In this document: positions 1-12,436 of the stretch, piece after piece
Layout: each line of letters opens with the position of its first letter
Position numbering within the stretch: position 1 is the first letter of the stretch
Notes under the pieces: model-generated
Told to the model about the DNA's origin: nothing
Databases searched by the model: none
What the model saw: the letters and a program-made list of their open reading frames with translations, nothing else
Translations under genes and position numbers: made by a program
DNA from: Mobula hypostoma
Taxonomy: Eukaryota
Assembly: GCF_963921235.1 (NCBI RefSeq)
Contig: NC_086108.1
Location: 99,202,001-99,266,000 of the forward strand
Direction: 5' to 3'
Length of the DNA: 64,000 bases

Positions 1-362
1 GGAGATGCCTGAATTAAAAGGTGAGGGGAAGGAGGCTAGATTGGTGAGGATAGGTGGGTGGGAAAGGGTTGGAGAAGAAAGAATCTGATGGGAGAGGAGA
101 ATGGACCATAGGAGAAAGGGAAGGAGGAAGGAACCCAGGGGAAAGTAAGAGGCAGGTGTGAAGAAGTGAAAGTTTAGAGTGGGGAATAGGGGAAAGGGTG
201 GGGGGGGGTGCAGATTTATTCACCAGAAAGGGAAATCAATATTCATGCCATCAGGTTTGAGGGTACCTAGGTGCAATATAAAGTGTTGCTCCTCCATCCT
301 GAAGGTGGCCTAATCTTGGCACAAGACGTGGCCAAGGATCAACATGTCAGAACGGGAATGGG
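1..362 (-). mobile_element. Penelope-like element (PLE) 3' end: GIY-YIG endonuclease C-terminal remnant plus pyrimidine-rich pLTR
   Basis: Reverse complement of 226-360 translates HSRSDMLILGHVLCQD*ATFRMEEQHFILHLGTLKPDGMNIDFPF, matching the PLE endonuclease C-terminal pattern (EQHLIFRLGTLxPxGMN). It runs into the same purine/pyrimidine-skewed tract that precedes the hammerhead unit in other copies. Confidence 0.75.
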
Positions 363-369
363 AGTCTGT

Positions 370-510
370 GGGGATCTGCTGGAATTTCAAATCATTATAT
401 TGTACACAAAATGCTGGAGGAATTCAGCAAGTCTTGCAGCATCCATGGAGGAGAATAAATAGAGAGTAGACAGGACTGGAAAGGAAGGGGAAAGAAGCCA
501 GAGTCTGTAA
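370..510 (-). mobile_element. PLE-derived non-autonomous unit (fragment)
   Basis: Contains cacaaaatgctggaggaattcagca...gcagcatc...caggactggaaaggaagggg, shared with many copies in the window. Confidence 0.7.
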
Positions 511-679
511 TTTTCTAAGTTCTCTGTTTCAGTATCTTTAATAACAGCTTCAAACATGTTCCTGTGATGGACGTTTGTTAAGCTACTGGGCTGTAGTTTC
601 CTGTTTTCAGTCTGCCTCACTTTTTGAATAAATTATGTTATTTTTCTAACTAATCTAATAGAACTTTCTCTGAAATTTG

Positions 680-1202
680 GCAACTTTAAGTTCCTGGGCG
701 ACAACATAACCGAGGATCTGTCCTCGGCCCGACACACTGATGCTTGGCAGTGGAGACTATTCTGATTGTTTGCACCATAGCCTGGTGTGGAGGCTCAGAT
801 GCTCAGGGTCACAAGAGGCTGCGGTGAGCTGTAGCCTCAGACAGCTCCATCAGAGGCATGACCCTCCCCACCATCGAAGACATCCACAAGGGGTGGTTTC
901 TCAAGAAGGCAGCATCCATTGCTAAGAATCCCCACTATCTGGGGCACGCTCACTTATTGTTCGGGGCAAGCTAAACGAGCCTGAAGGACCACATCGAATG
1001 ATTCAGGAACAGCTTCTTCCCCTCTGCCATCAGATTTCTGAATGTTCTAGGAACTCTGAACACTACCTCAGTATACCTTTAGTTTTGTGCTGTATATTTA
1101 CTTTGTAATATATCATAATTTAAAGTCTTTACTCAGTACTACTGCTGCTGACTCACAAATTTCATGTCATATAAGACAGCAAAAGTAAAACTTGATCCTG
1201 AT
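680..1202 (+). mobile_element. Rex1/Babar-type LINE, decayed 3' part
   Basis: Translates NFKFLGDNITEDLS..HTD plus a remnant resembling CITAWYG..DRKRLQ. Ends in an AT-rich tail (caaatttcatg...gatcctgat) seen at other copies. Confidence 0.6.
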
Positions 1203-1204
1203 CC

Positions 1205-2440
1205 ATAGAAACATAGAAAATCTACAGCACAATACAGGCCCTTTGGCCCACAATGCTGTGCTGAACATGTACAAACGTTTGTACTTACTTTAGAAGTTAC
1301 CTAGGGTTACCCATAGCTCTCTATTTTTCTATGCTCTATGTACCTATCCAGGAGTCTCTTAAAAGACCCTATCGTATCTGCCTGCATCATCTGAGTCACT
1401 GGTCACTTATAATGATTGAGGATGGAGTCCTTCAGGAGTCTGAGAATTAGAGTCATACAGCACAGAACAGAGACCTTCAGACCAAATAGTCCACAACTAT
1501 AGCCAAGATTCCTATCTAGGCTAATCCTATTTGGCTATCTAGGCAAATCCTTATCTTTCCTATTCATCCAACTTCTAAATTCTGCTGGCAGTTCATTCAA
1601 TATGCTGACTACTTCCTGAGTGAAAAGATTTCCCAACCCCGCTATTCCCAGATTCCTATTGTATCTACACCCTCTCACCCTAATCCTATGCCGTCTAGTC
1701 CTCGAATCCCTATCCCTCGGTAAATGACTGTGTGCATTCACCCTATCGATGCCCCTCCTGGTTTTATACATCTCCATAGATCCTGTCAACTCACAGTTTC
1801 AATGACTTCCCCTGTAGCACTCCTCTAACCATCATCATTTTCCTGAAGACCTTCCTCAAGTCCAATTCCCAGTTTACAGCTGAGATGTTACTTGCTGCTT
1901 CTATAGTGAAAACTTTTAAGACCATAAGATATAGAAGCAGAATTAGGCCATTTGGCCCATCAAGTCTGCTGCACCATTTCATCATGGCTGATCCATTTCT
2001 CTCTCAGCCCCAATCTCCTGCCTTCTCCCCACATCCCTTCATGCCTGACTAATTAGGAATCTATCAACCTCTGCCTTAAACATACCCAGTGACTTGGCCT
2101 CCACAGCTGCCTGTGGCAATGAATTCCACAGATTCACCACTGTCTGACTGAAGAAATTCCTCCTCATCCCCATTCTAAATGAATGTCCCTCTGTTCTAAG
2201 CTTGTGTCCTCTGGTCTTAGCGCAAACCTCCCCCCCACCCCCAGCCACACCAAAGCAAACACTTTCTCCACATCCACTCTTTCGAGCCCTTTCAACACTC
2301 GATAGGTTTCAATGAAAACCTTCCTCATTGTTCTGAATTCCCGTGAGTAGAGGCCCGGAGCCATCAAACGTTTCTCATATGGCAAGCCTTTCAATCCCAG
2401 AATCACTTTTGTGAACCTCCTTTGAACCGTCTCTAACGTC
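1205..2440 (-). mobile_element. Cluster of CR1 (HER1-like) LINE 3' fragments
   Basis: ORF track gives LETVQRRFTKVILGLKGLPYEKRL and RRNFFSQTVVNLWNSLPQAAVEA (CR1 RT C-terminus). CR1 3' tails start at about 1205, 1445 and 1918. Confidence 0.85.
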
Positions 2441-2756
2441 ATTATCTTTGTATTCACTCTTGTATTCATTACTGCCATGGAAAACATCCTATCTGGATGC
2501 ATCACTGTTTGGTATGGCAATGGCATTGCTCCAACTCTACAAGAAACTGCCTACACTTCCCACTATGTCGCGACAGCAGCCAGCATAATCAAAGTACTCT
2601 CCCAAGCCTGTCATTCTCTCTTCTCTCCTATCCTACCATTATAATGCTCTTGAAATGGACCTCTTCTGCAATACAGATGAACACTTGATCTCTCAGTCGA
2701 CCTCATTGTGGCCCTTGCACGTTATTTGGCTACCTGCACTGTACTCTCTCTGTGAG

Positions 2757-3360
2757 TGTGATGATGATAGTCTCTGTCTGTCTCGAAGGACAATGGAGCC
2801 TTGGTGAAAGGTATGGAGATCCCGGGATGCCCAGTCACGGAGATCCCGGGATGCCCAGTCACGGAGATCCCTCTCTCAGTCTCAGTTGTGTTGTCCAAAG
2901 GAAAGTGTTTGGCACCAGCTGGGCTGCAGGGCCTGCCAGAAGGATATTCAGTGACATCTAGCCACCTTAGGGGCTCCACTCTGGACTTTCTGTTTGTGTT
3001 TACTCCCATAGCCTTCGTCTCCCCTGAGGCTGCCCACAAGGCAACGGGGCTGTCTAGCCACAGCTGGGGATCTGGTTCATGAGCACCAGGGTGTGTCCAC
3101 AGGCCAGTGAGCCTGTGTGCTACGTGTGCAGGGGCCTGACCTCCTCCCCAACCTCTGTCGTTCAGCCTGAGTTTGAAAGGTCTTCAGTTTGTGTGTGTCA
3201 CCAGCGAGGAGGCACTACAGGAGGCTAGCTGTTGGAGAGACGACGTACTGACAGGGAGAGACTTACACAGTCAGCTCTCCTTTTCGCGAGACTGCTAGCC
3301 AGCAGTGGAAGCTGAAAGTGAGGGCGACAAGTGCTACCCACAACACTACCATACTAAACG
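2757..3360 (-). mobile_element. Probable non-autonomous retroelement (RTE-related) with internal 24-bp tandem duplication
   Basis: GC-richer 600-bp block interrupting a Rex1-type tail, with a (cat)n-like 3' tail on the minus strand. Family assignment is by resemblance only. Confidence 0.35.
2815..2871. repeat. Perfect tandem repeat, 24 bp x 2.4
   Basis: ggagatcccgggatgcccagtcac twice, then ggagatccc. Confidence 0.95.
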
Positions 3361-3409
3361 CATAACATGATATTTTGCTATTTTTCCCCCCTGTTTACCA
3401 CCTCAAGGT

Positions 3410-4003
3410 CCATTACTGCCCATTACACCCCAGGCATTTAGGACAGCAATGAAGGTCCTCCATCTCTGGAGGTGTTCAGGGTTTCCTTCATCATGTCAGT
3501 AGCTTCCTCTCAGTTTTCACTACTGTCAGTCACCCAAGTCCCAGGTGGAGACTCAGAACCATTGCAATCAAATGGCAGGTTCGATGTTGTCATTTAAAGT
3601 TAAATTGGATAGCTATATGGACATGAAAGGAATGGAGGGTTATGGGTCGAGTGCAGGTCAGTGGGACTAGGTGAGAGTAAGGGTTCGGCACGGACTGGAA
3701 GGGCCAAGATGGCCTGTTTCCGTGCTGTAATTGTTATATGGTTATATTATATGGTTATAACTGCAGAAGGATTCTTCATTGCTGTTTCTGTAATTTTCCT
3801 TTTACTAGTCAGAGATGTTAGCCCTGAACTGAAACCTCCCCCGCCGAACCTGGAGGACCGATGGACCACTCTTAGTCTGGCCTCTACCCTTTGACCTGTT
3901 TGGCATGGGTGACCCTACCAAGAGCCGAAGTATAAAGCCCTGACTCCAACATAGCCCTCTGGTTCATTGAGACACACAAGCCTCCAAGCCCAACAACAAA
4001 GGT
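3410..4003 (-). mobile_element. Bipartite RTE-derived non-autonomous element, interrupted by a CR1 3' tail (about 3590-3750)
   Basis: Homologous over its length to 27045-27428. The minus strand starts with an RTE-type 5' UTR (ccttg...ggcttgtgtgtctcaatga...gctatg...tagggtcaccca). Confidence 0.6.
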
Positions 4004-4509
4004 GTGTTCCTCTTGGAGCTACTTGCATATGGAGTAATCTAATTGGAGGACCTTCAAACGAAAGCTTTCCACTGTATCTCAGTGTATGTGATAATAATAA
4101 ACCAACTACCAATAACTACCAATTAGTAATTCCTCAAACTGACTTTTTGGAAGACCAGTTTCCAAAGATTACCATTTTACTGCATTCTGTCGTACAGATA
4201 AGAAAATGTGCCTCAAGGTAGCATATGGGTGACATATACATACTTCGATAATAAATTTACTTTGTGCTTGGTACTTGTAGGTAAAGCTCTTGTAGGATAA
4301 AGCAGCAGAGGTCAATGCTGTCACTCACTGTGATTTTGCACTCAAAGTCTGATTGCTCCCAAGGAGCCATTTCATCAATAATTCTGACTGACAACATATA
4401 TTATATTTGTTTTCTTATTAATTTAACCAATATTTACATGAAAGTGCCAAAATGCAGATATTAAGTATTAGTAAAAACCAATACTAATTCTGAACGAAAT
4501 GTTTCATTA

Positions 4510-4890
4510 ACATGAGAAAATCTGCAGATGCTGGAAAACCAAAGTAACAGACACAAAATACTGAAGAAACTCAGCAGGTTAGGCAGCATCCCTGAAAAAG
4601 AGTAAACATCGACGTTTCAGGCCAAGACCCTTCACCAGGACTTGAATGGAAGGGGAAAAGTCAGAGTAAGAAGGTGGGGGAAGGGGAGTAGGCAGTACAA
4701 GAGGGTAGGTGGTAGGTGAAACCGGGGGAGGTGAAGTCAAGAGCTGGGAAGCTGATAGGTGAAAGAGATAAAGAGCTGGAGAAGGGGGGATCTGAAAGGA
4801 GAGGGTAGAAGACCACAGAAGAAAGGGAAGGGGGAGGAACGTCAGAGAGAGATGAAGGGCAGGTAAGGAGATAAGGTGAGAGAATGGTGA
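4510..4890 (-). mobile_element. PLE-derived unit with hammerhead motif (4607-4642)
   Basis: Minus strand reads agtc-CTGGTGA-agggtcttggcct-GAAA-cgtc-gatg, preceded by the pyrimidine-rich pLTR tract. Confidence 0.8.
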
Positions 4891-6196
4891 AAATGTTTCA
4901 CGTGATGTTTAATTTTATAGACAGCACTTAACCGAGGAAAGTAGATCTTTAGGAATAACTATTGTACTTTTTTATAAGAATTGCAAAGATGCCTGAAGCA
5001 TAGAGGAAGCTTACTTGTTTGGAGATAAATTATGGGGCACTGCCATCATAAAACTCATTAATTACATCCACTTGCTTTGACTTATCTAGATTTCATGTTT
5101 CATTAGCATAATAAATACAATTTGTGTATCACTGATTAATTTTAAGGATTTTTTTTTGGAAAAGAAATTGTTTTTGTAAACCAGATGAAAAATGAACTAT
5201 TCAATCATAATAGATCTAACAAGCTCGTGTCCTTTTCTCATAATTTTATTTTTGCCGTTTTACCTTTCGTTCCCACCTCCTGCCCCCATTTTGAGTTCTA
5301 TCGTTTCCAGTCTCTATGCTGGTTCCCCGCCTGAGGGACCATTTTCACCAGTGATTTTAAAGAAGTCAGCAAGGTGCAAACCAGAGGCTGGCACACTCTT
5401 GTCAAATTCTCGTGCATTGCCATGTTTAAAGTTCAGGTCAGTGTTGTGTGATCAGAAAATGGATCTTAATATTGTTGCACTTACTGAAAGAAAATTTGTG
5501 CCCACCAGTATAATTTAATGCCTTTTCAGAGCCCTTGCCACAGAAATGCTTAAAGGAATATAATTTGCTCATTTTGCACTATATATATATATATCTTTTG
5601 AGTGCAGGTTTCTTTTGTGTCTTGCAGAAAGAAGTAAATGGACATGTGAAGTGGAGAAGGTACATGTGTCACAAATTGAGTGAAAGAAGCTGACAAAAAG
5701 CCATTAGTGCCCAAACAAAGACAAAAGAAGAAATTCTATCACTACCAGATGAGTCGTTCCAATTCCCCAAGCCCTCTATTAGCGTGACAGCCAAGAGGCT
5801 GTGCTATTAATCCAAAGGTCAGGCAGTACAGTTTTAGCTAGATTTACTTTATTGGAAATGCAATAGGAAATTATATATTGTGTCAGGGTTATGGAACCTA
5901 AAAGATGACACTTTTAAAACCATGCTAAATGGTACAAGGCTGTGAGTGATAATTTTATCTGTCTTACATAGCCAGTGACTGCCTACACCCTATGATCAAA
6001 AAGTAATTAAATTATAATGTGAAAGCATATTGAGAGTAAGTGTGATTTGAATGATAGGTCCATGTTTAGGACTTCAAACACAAGCAATACATTCAGGGAA
6101 GGGGAGAGGTTCAGATAATGCAACAAAAAATCCACTTGGAGGCCATTTCAAAGCAAAAAGGCCAAAATGGTTTGAATGGTAAGATATTTGTCTATT

Positions 6197-6749
6197 CACT
6201 CACCGGCCGCTTTATTAGGTAGCTCCTGTAGCTAATAAAGTGGCCACAGTATGTTCACGGTCTTCTGCTACGACAGCCCATTCACTTCAAGGTTCGGTGT
6301 GTTGTGCACTCGGGGATGCTCTTCTGCACAACATTCTTGTAACGTGTGGTTATTTGAGTTACTATCACCCTCCTGTCAGCTTGAACCTGTCTGGCCATCC
6401 TCCTCTGACCTCTCTCATTTTTCACCCACAGAACTGCCGCTCACTGGATGTGCTTTGTTATTCTCACCATTCTCTGTGAACTCTAGAGACTGTTGTGCGT
6501 TAACATCCCAGGAGATCAGCAGTTCCTGAGATGCTCAAACCACCTCATCTGGTACTAACGATCATTCGACACTCAAAGTCACTTAGATCAAATTTCCTTC
6601 CCATTCTGATGTCTGGTCTGAACAACAACGGAACCTCTTGACCATGTCTGCATGCTTTTATGCATTGAGTTGCTGCCACACGATTGGCTGATTGGATATT
6701 TGCATTAACGAGCAGGTGTGCAGGTGTACTAATAAAGTGGCCACTGCGT
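6197..6749 (-). mobile_element. Internally deleted Tc1-like DNA transposon (family A)
   Basis: TIRs match cactcagtggccactttattagg / cctaataaagtggccactgagtg. The minus strand encodes MGRKFDLSDFECRMIV..., the N-terminal HTH region of a Tc1 transposase. Confidence 0.85.
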
Positions 6750-7489
6750 TCAAGTAACACCTGCACAAAACTTTGCTGTTAAGTGTTTTTAAGATATACC
6801 TGTCCTAAAAGATGGTTTATTAAGAGCACCAAAATGTAAGACATAAAACGGATACTTTACAAGTCAAAGTGAAATTGTTGTTATTGGGATAAAATTCTGC
6901 TTATCCTGGGAGACTGAAATAAAATCAGAAAATACTGTAAACACTCAGCCAGCTGGGCAGCATCCATGGAGAGATAACCAGATCTGATGTTTCAGCTCAA
7001 TGTTGAATTAATTTTAATGAAATATCATTGCCCTTGATATATTATCCTACTTATATTTTTAATTGCTTTCCCCATAGATGGTATCTTTTTCCAAGTAGGT
7101 GTAGCCTTTTTGACATTGGTAACATGATAATGACTATAAGTCAACTGGTTTGCCAATATGAAGAATTAATTTGGATTACACAGCCTGATCTAAAAAGTCA
7201 AAGAGAAGTTTGGTTTACAGACTGGAGGGAAAGTGTACATAGCCTTCACCCATTCAACAGGCTGGTACACGGATAAGCTTTATTTTCGTAAACTACATGG
7301 CTGCCAAGTTGTATGACTGCCAAATTAGCAGAACTTGTTAAGGTGGTTCAGCCTTTGGTCTCTCTACATTGCTGTGGTAGCTGACTCCGTGACACTGTGC
7401 TACCACTGCATAGCAACAAATTTCATGATGTATGTCAGTGATAATAAACCTGATTCTGATACTTTGAAGCTGCAAGACAGCCTGTACAA

Positions 7490-8192
7490 CATAGAACATA
7501 GAACTTTACACCACAGTAGAAGCCCTTTGTCCCACAATGTTGGGCTAATCTAAACATGATTATCCAATGCTTCCCTTCCACATTGCACTTCATTTTTCTT
7601 TCATCCACGAGCCTATCTAAGTCTCTTCAATGTCCATAAAGCATCTACCACCACCACCCCTTGCACCCACTACTGTCTGTTAAAAAAACTACCTCTGACT
7701 TTACCCCCATACTTTCCTCCAATCACCTTAAAATTAAGTCCACTCATATTAGCTGTTTCGGCCTTGCAAAAATAGTCTCTGGCTATCCACGCTATCGGTG
7801 CCTCTTATCATCTTATAGCTAGATAGATAGATAGATAGATATACATTATTGATCCCGAGGGAACTTGGGTTTCATTACAGCTGCACCAACCAAGAATAGA
7901 GCATAAATATAGCAATACATAAACCACAAACAATCAAACAACAATATGCAAACTATGCCAGATGGAAAGCCCAGGACCAGCCTATTGGCTCAGGGTGTCT
8001 GACCCTCCACGGGAGGAGCTGCAAAGTTCGATAGCCACCTCTATCACCTCTATCAAGTCATCTCTCATCCTCCTTTGCTCCAAAGAGAATAGCCCTAGCT
8101 TGGTCAACCTTTCCTGATAAGACATGCTTTGAAATCCAGGCAATATCCTGGTAAACCTCCTCTGCACCCTTACGCAGGCTTCCACATACTTC
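7490..8192 (-). mobile_element. CR1 3' fragment split by a second retroelement tail with (GATA)n at 7820-7842
   Basis: ORF RVQRRFTRILPGFQSMSYQERLTKLGLFSLEQRRMRDDLIEV; CR1 tail catagaacatagaac at about 7490. Confidence 0.75.
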
Positions 8193-8334
8193 CTTGTTGG
8201 CCAGAAGGAGCTACAATCAGTGAACAGGAATGGAGGTGGCCATTTTGTGAGACTATCCTTGCAGCTGCCATTTTGTGAACTGTTTGATGAACTGGTTCTT
8301 GCTCTGGGATAACTTAAGCGGAGCAATTGAACGT

Positions 8335-9260
8335 TTACTCAAAGATACAAAGAGAGGTGGAGGGGTAGGTAGTGCTGAGGAAGCAAGGCGATTGCAGCAG
8401 GACTTAGACAAATAGGAAGAATGGGCAAAAAGATGGCGGATGGAATACAGTGTTGGGAAATGTATGATAGTGCATTTCGGTAAAAGGAACAATAGTGCAG
8501 ACTATTATCTAAATGGGGAGAAGGTTTAAACATCAGAGGTGCAGAGGGACTTAGCAGTCCTTGTGCAAGACTCTCAGAAGATTAATTTACATGTTGAATC
8601 TGTGGTAAAGAAGGCAAATGCAATGTTGGCATTTATTTCAAGGAGAATAGAATATAAAAGCAAGTAGATAATGTTGAGCTTTTATAAGATACTAGTCAAG
8701 TAGCACTTGGAGTATTGTCAACAATTTTGAGCACCATAACTTAGAAATGATGTGTTGTCATTGGAGAGAGTCCAGAGGAGGTTCATGAGGATGATTCTGG
8801 GAATGAAGGGGTTAACATATAAGGAGCGTTTGGCAGCTTTGGGCCTGTACTCAATGGAATTTAGAAGTATGCGTGGGGATCTCATTGAAACCTACCAAAT
8901 ATTGAAAGGACTAGATAGGGTGGATGTGGAGAGGATGTTTCCTATGGTGGGGGTATCCAGAACTACAGGGCACAGCCTCCAAATTGAGAAGCAACTTTTT
9001 AGAACAGAGGTAAGGAGGAATTTTTTTTAGCCAGATAGTGGTGAATCTGTGGAATGCTCAGCCCCAGACTGTGGTGGAGGCCAAGTTTGTTGTTAAATTT
9101 AAGTTGATAGTTTCCTGTTTGGCCAGGGAATCAAGGGATATGGCGAGAAGGCAGGTGTATGGAATTGAGTGGGATCCGGGATCAGCCGTGATGGAATGGT
9201 GGAACAGACTCAATGGGCTGAATGGCCTAATTCTGCTCCTATGTCTTCTGGTCTTATGGA
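8335..9260 (+). mobile_element. CR1 LINE, RT C-terminal half and 3' UTR (decayed)
   Basis: LERVQRRFMRMILGMKGLTYKERLAALGLYSMEFRSMRGDLIETY; 3' tail ggcctaattctgctcctatgtcttctggtcttatgg. Confidence 0.9.
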
Positions 9261-10601
9261 CTCAAGGAGTTTTTGTGAATGATCTGCTAAACCTGAGTCT
9301 ATTCTCAGATAAAAAGCTGTTTGTTGTGTAAAATGGTAGGTTTGCAGAGTAATCTCGTATTCTGGGCCCAGTGTCCGGAATGACCTGGTTTGACCGGTTT
9401 GAACCAGTCAGAGTTGAATAGATCAAAACCAGGCATGATGTTGAAGATGAAGGCTAAGAAACAATACTTCTGTTGCGCTAGGGTACATCCGATGGGAATC
9501 TGACAAAAAACAGTCAGCTGACCTTGAGCCAGCGCAATTGAAGCATCATAGATTGATTTGATGAGGAAAAGTATAAAAATAGAGGATTTTGGGAGTACAG
9601 GCAGCGACATATCTGAAGACCAACCATCATGGATGTGGAGGACTCCACACTGGACATGTGGAGTTCGCATCATAACCACGAGTGATACTTCGCCGGCATA
9701 GATTGCTTATTATCTTTTTTACTTATTTGATTTTTCGGGGGGGGGAGTCAGGAAACTTAGTGAGTGTGCACACAATTGGTCACATTAATTGAGGCAGTAA
9801 AGGTACTTGTTAGTAAATACAGATTCTCTCTGTGCCTAACTGATCATTATTATTGAGGGTTAATCCTTGTAACATTATAATGAGGCGACCCGAATTAAAC
9901 ACAATATTCCAAGTGTGGTCCAACCAGGGTTTTATAGAACTGCAAAATTACCTCACAGCTCTTGAAGTCAATCTTGTTAAATGAAGCCAACATACCATAT
10001 GCATTCTTATCCACCTTATCAATTTTGCGGCAACTTTGAGGGATCTATGGATGCGGACCCCAAGATCCCCCTGGTCCTGCACACTGCTGAGAATCCTGCC
10101 ATTAACTCTGTATTCTACCTTCAAGTGTGATCTTTGATTGTCGGAAATAGACGAGTCTGCTGGAGGCTGGAGGCTGAAGACAGGCTGCCCTGGCGATGGA
10201 GGACTGTGAATGTGTGGAGGAAGGAACAGGGCATCTGTTCTGCTATTGTTGCTTTGTTACTTTTTACGTTCTGATTTGTTGCGTTCTGTGTTGTTCTGCC
10301 GAGCATGGTGGGCATGATGGATTGGCGCCAGAATGTAGGGGGGCATTTGTGGGCTGCCCCTAGCATACACTTGGGTGTGTTGGTTGTTAACGCAAATGAC
10401 GCATTTCACTGTATGTTTTGATTTACTGTACATGTGATAAATAAATCTGAGTCTGTGAAGCTGTGTTTGAAGGTGACTTACCTATTATGGTAGATGCAGG
10501 ACAGTAAGCAATATTGTTCTGTGCACAATCATAATGGCCTCTAGACCTCATGTAAGAGAAATATGAAAGGAACAAGAAATTTCCTTTAAAATTACATTGT
10601 A

Positions 10602-11542
10602 CACTCCATGTCTACTTTATTAGGTACACCTGTACACCTGCTCGTTAATGCAAATATCTAATCAGCCAATCATGTGGCACCACCTCAATGCATAAGTACT
10701 TACAGACATGGTTAAGAGGTTCAGACCAGACAACAGAACGGGGAAGAAATGTGATCTAAGTGACTTTGACTGTGGAATGATTGATGGTGTCAAATGGGGT
10801 GGTTTGAGTATCTCAGAAGCTGCTGAAGCCTGGGCATAGTAGGAAGGATTTGCGATCTCATGTTTCTGCTTGCGGTCTGACTGGCTTAATACTGCTGTCA
10901 TTTCAAGACTTAATTCAAGAGGCTTTCGTTGGTGAAGTTCATCAAAGGATCCTTTATGCTATTTACTGATCATCAGCTGAGGTTGTAAACAGCATCCCTC
11001 TACCGTAAACTTAGTGTCCTGTGAATTTATTGGAAAGGCGGACTGGTATTGACCAATGAGGAGTCTTGAGATATCAGACTGAGATCTCCTGGGATTTTCA
11101 CGCACAACAGTCTTTAGAGTTTACCGAGAATGGTGTGAGACACAAAGAGCGTCCTGTGAGTGGCGGGTCTGTGGGCAAAAACACCTTGTTAATGAGAGAG
11201 ATCAGAGGAGAATAGCCAGACTGGTTCAAGCTGACAGGAAGGTGACAGTAACTCAAGTAACCTCACATTACACCAGTGATGTGCAGAAGAGCATCTCTGA
11301 ACACACAATACATCGAACATTGAAGTGGGTGGACTACAGCAGCAAAAAACCATGAGCATACACTCAGTAACACTGGAAGATCTGCAGATGCTGGAAATCC
11401 AGGCAACACACATCAAATGCTGGAGGAACTCAGCAGGCTAGGCAGCATCTATGGAAAAGTGTAAACAGTAGATATTTTGGGCTGAGACCCTTCATCAAGT
11501 ACATTAGATATGGGAAGTACATAATAAAGTAGCCACTGAGTG
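10602..11542 (+). mobile_element. Tc1-like family A copy carrying two insertions (templated 258-bp copy; PLE unit at about 11372-11500)
   Basis: TA-flanked TIRs at both ends. Transposase N-terminus GKKCDLSDFDCGMIDG...LSISEAA resumes as DLLGFSRTTV after the insert. Confidence 0.85.
10827..11084 (+). repeat. Dispersed direct duplication, derived copy
   Basis: Near-identical to 11842-12100; differs by one small substitution/indel patch and one C/T. Confidence 0.95.
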
Positions 11543-11841
11543 TACAAATCTTACTGTAATAATGTTCTGCTTGCACTATCAAAACAAAGGTAACTCTTGT
11601 GTCTGAAGTTCCCTGTCAGCATGCAGGTCTTTGACAGCCACCTCAGTTTGGAGACTCATATTCACCTTTATCATTCAAATGACTAGATGCTTTGATGAAT
11701 CCTGTTGGAAGAAATCTGATCACCTTACACAGGGAAGAGGAAACCTGGTGTCAGGAGTCGCTCTGAACTTGACCATCGTTACTCAGCCTCAGGGTGGGAG
11801 TTGGATTAGTTCTCTGTCATTCTACCAGGAGACAGTAATTG

Positions 11842-12100
11842 AGCCTGGGCATAGTAGGAAGGATTTGCGATCTCATGTTTCTGCTTGCGGTCTGACTGGC
11901 TTAATACTGCTGTCATTTCAAGACTTAATTCAAGAGGCTTTCGTTGGTGAAGTTCATCAAAGGATCCTTTATGCTATTTACTGATCATTGTACTGAGGTT
12001 GTAAACAGCATCCCTCTACTGTAAACTTAGTGTCCTGTGAATTTATTGGAAAGGCGGACTGGTATTGACCAATGAGGAGTCTTGAGATATCAGACTGAGA
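11842..12100 (+). repeat. Dispersed direct duplication, probable donor copy
   Basis: Near-identical to 10827-11084 and embedded in non-TE flanks. Confidence 0.95.
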
Positions 12101-12436
12101 ACCCTCAGCCTCTTATTCTTACCCGGGAATGTTGCTGATGGGTGATTGGGGCTTTGGATAACATGAACATGAGACCTTATGAATGCCTTAGCATAGTTTC
12201 CAATACTAATTTCTTACAGGGTTGGTGGGAGTGGTGAGATCAATGGACATTGGGTTGGAGTGGGGGAAGGATTACACACAAAGTGTCCTTTGTAGCATAC
12301 ACTTGGCAGTGACATGCAGGATAATAAGAATAAAGGAATTACTGTACAGTGACAACTTGATGCACTGTTAAAGGCGGAGATTGGGAATTATTAATTGCCT
12401 CAGGCAGTTGGCTCAAAAATTCTAGTTTGTTTCTAG

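Noticed and set aside
2815..2871. CRISPR-like array
   Set aside because: Direct tandem units without spacers, eukaryotic context, no cas genes.
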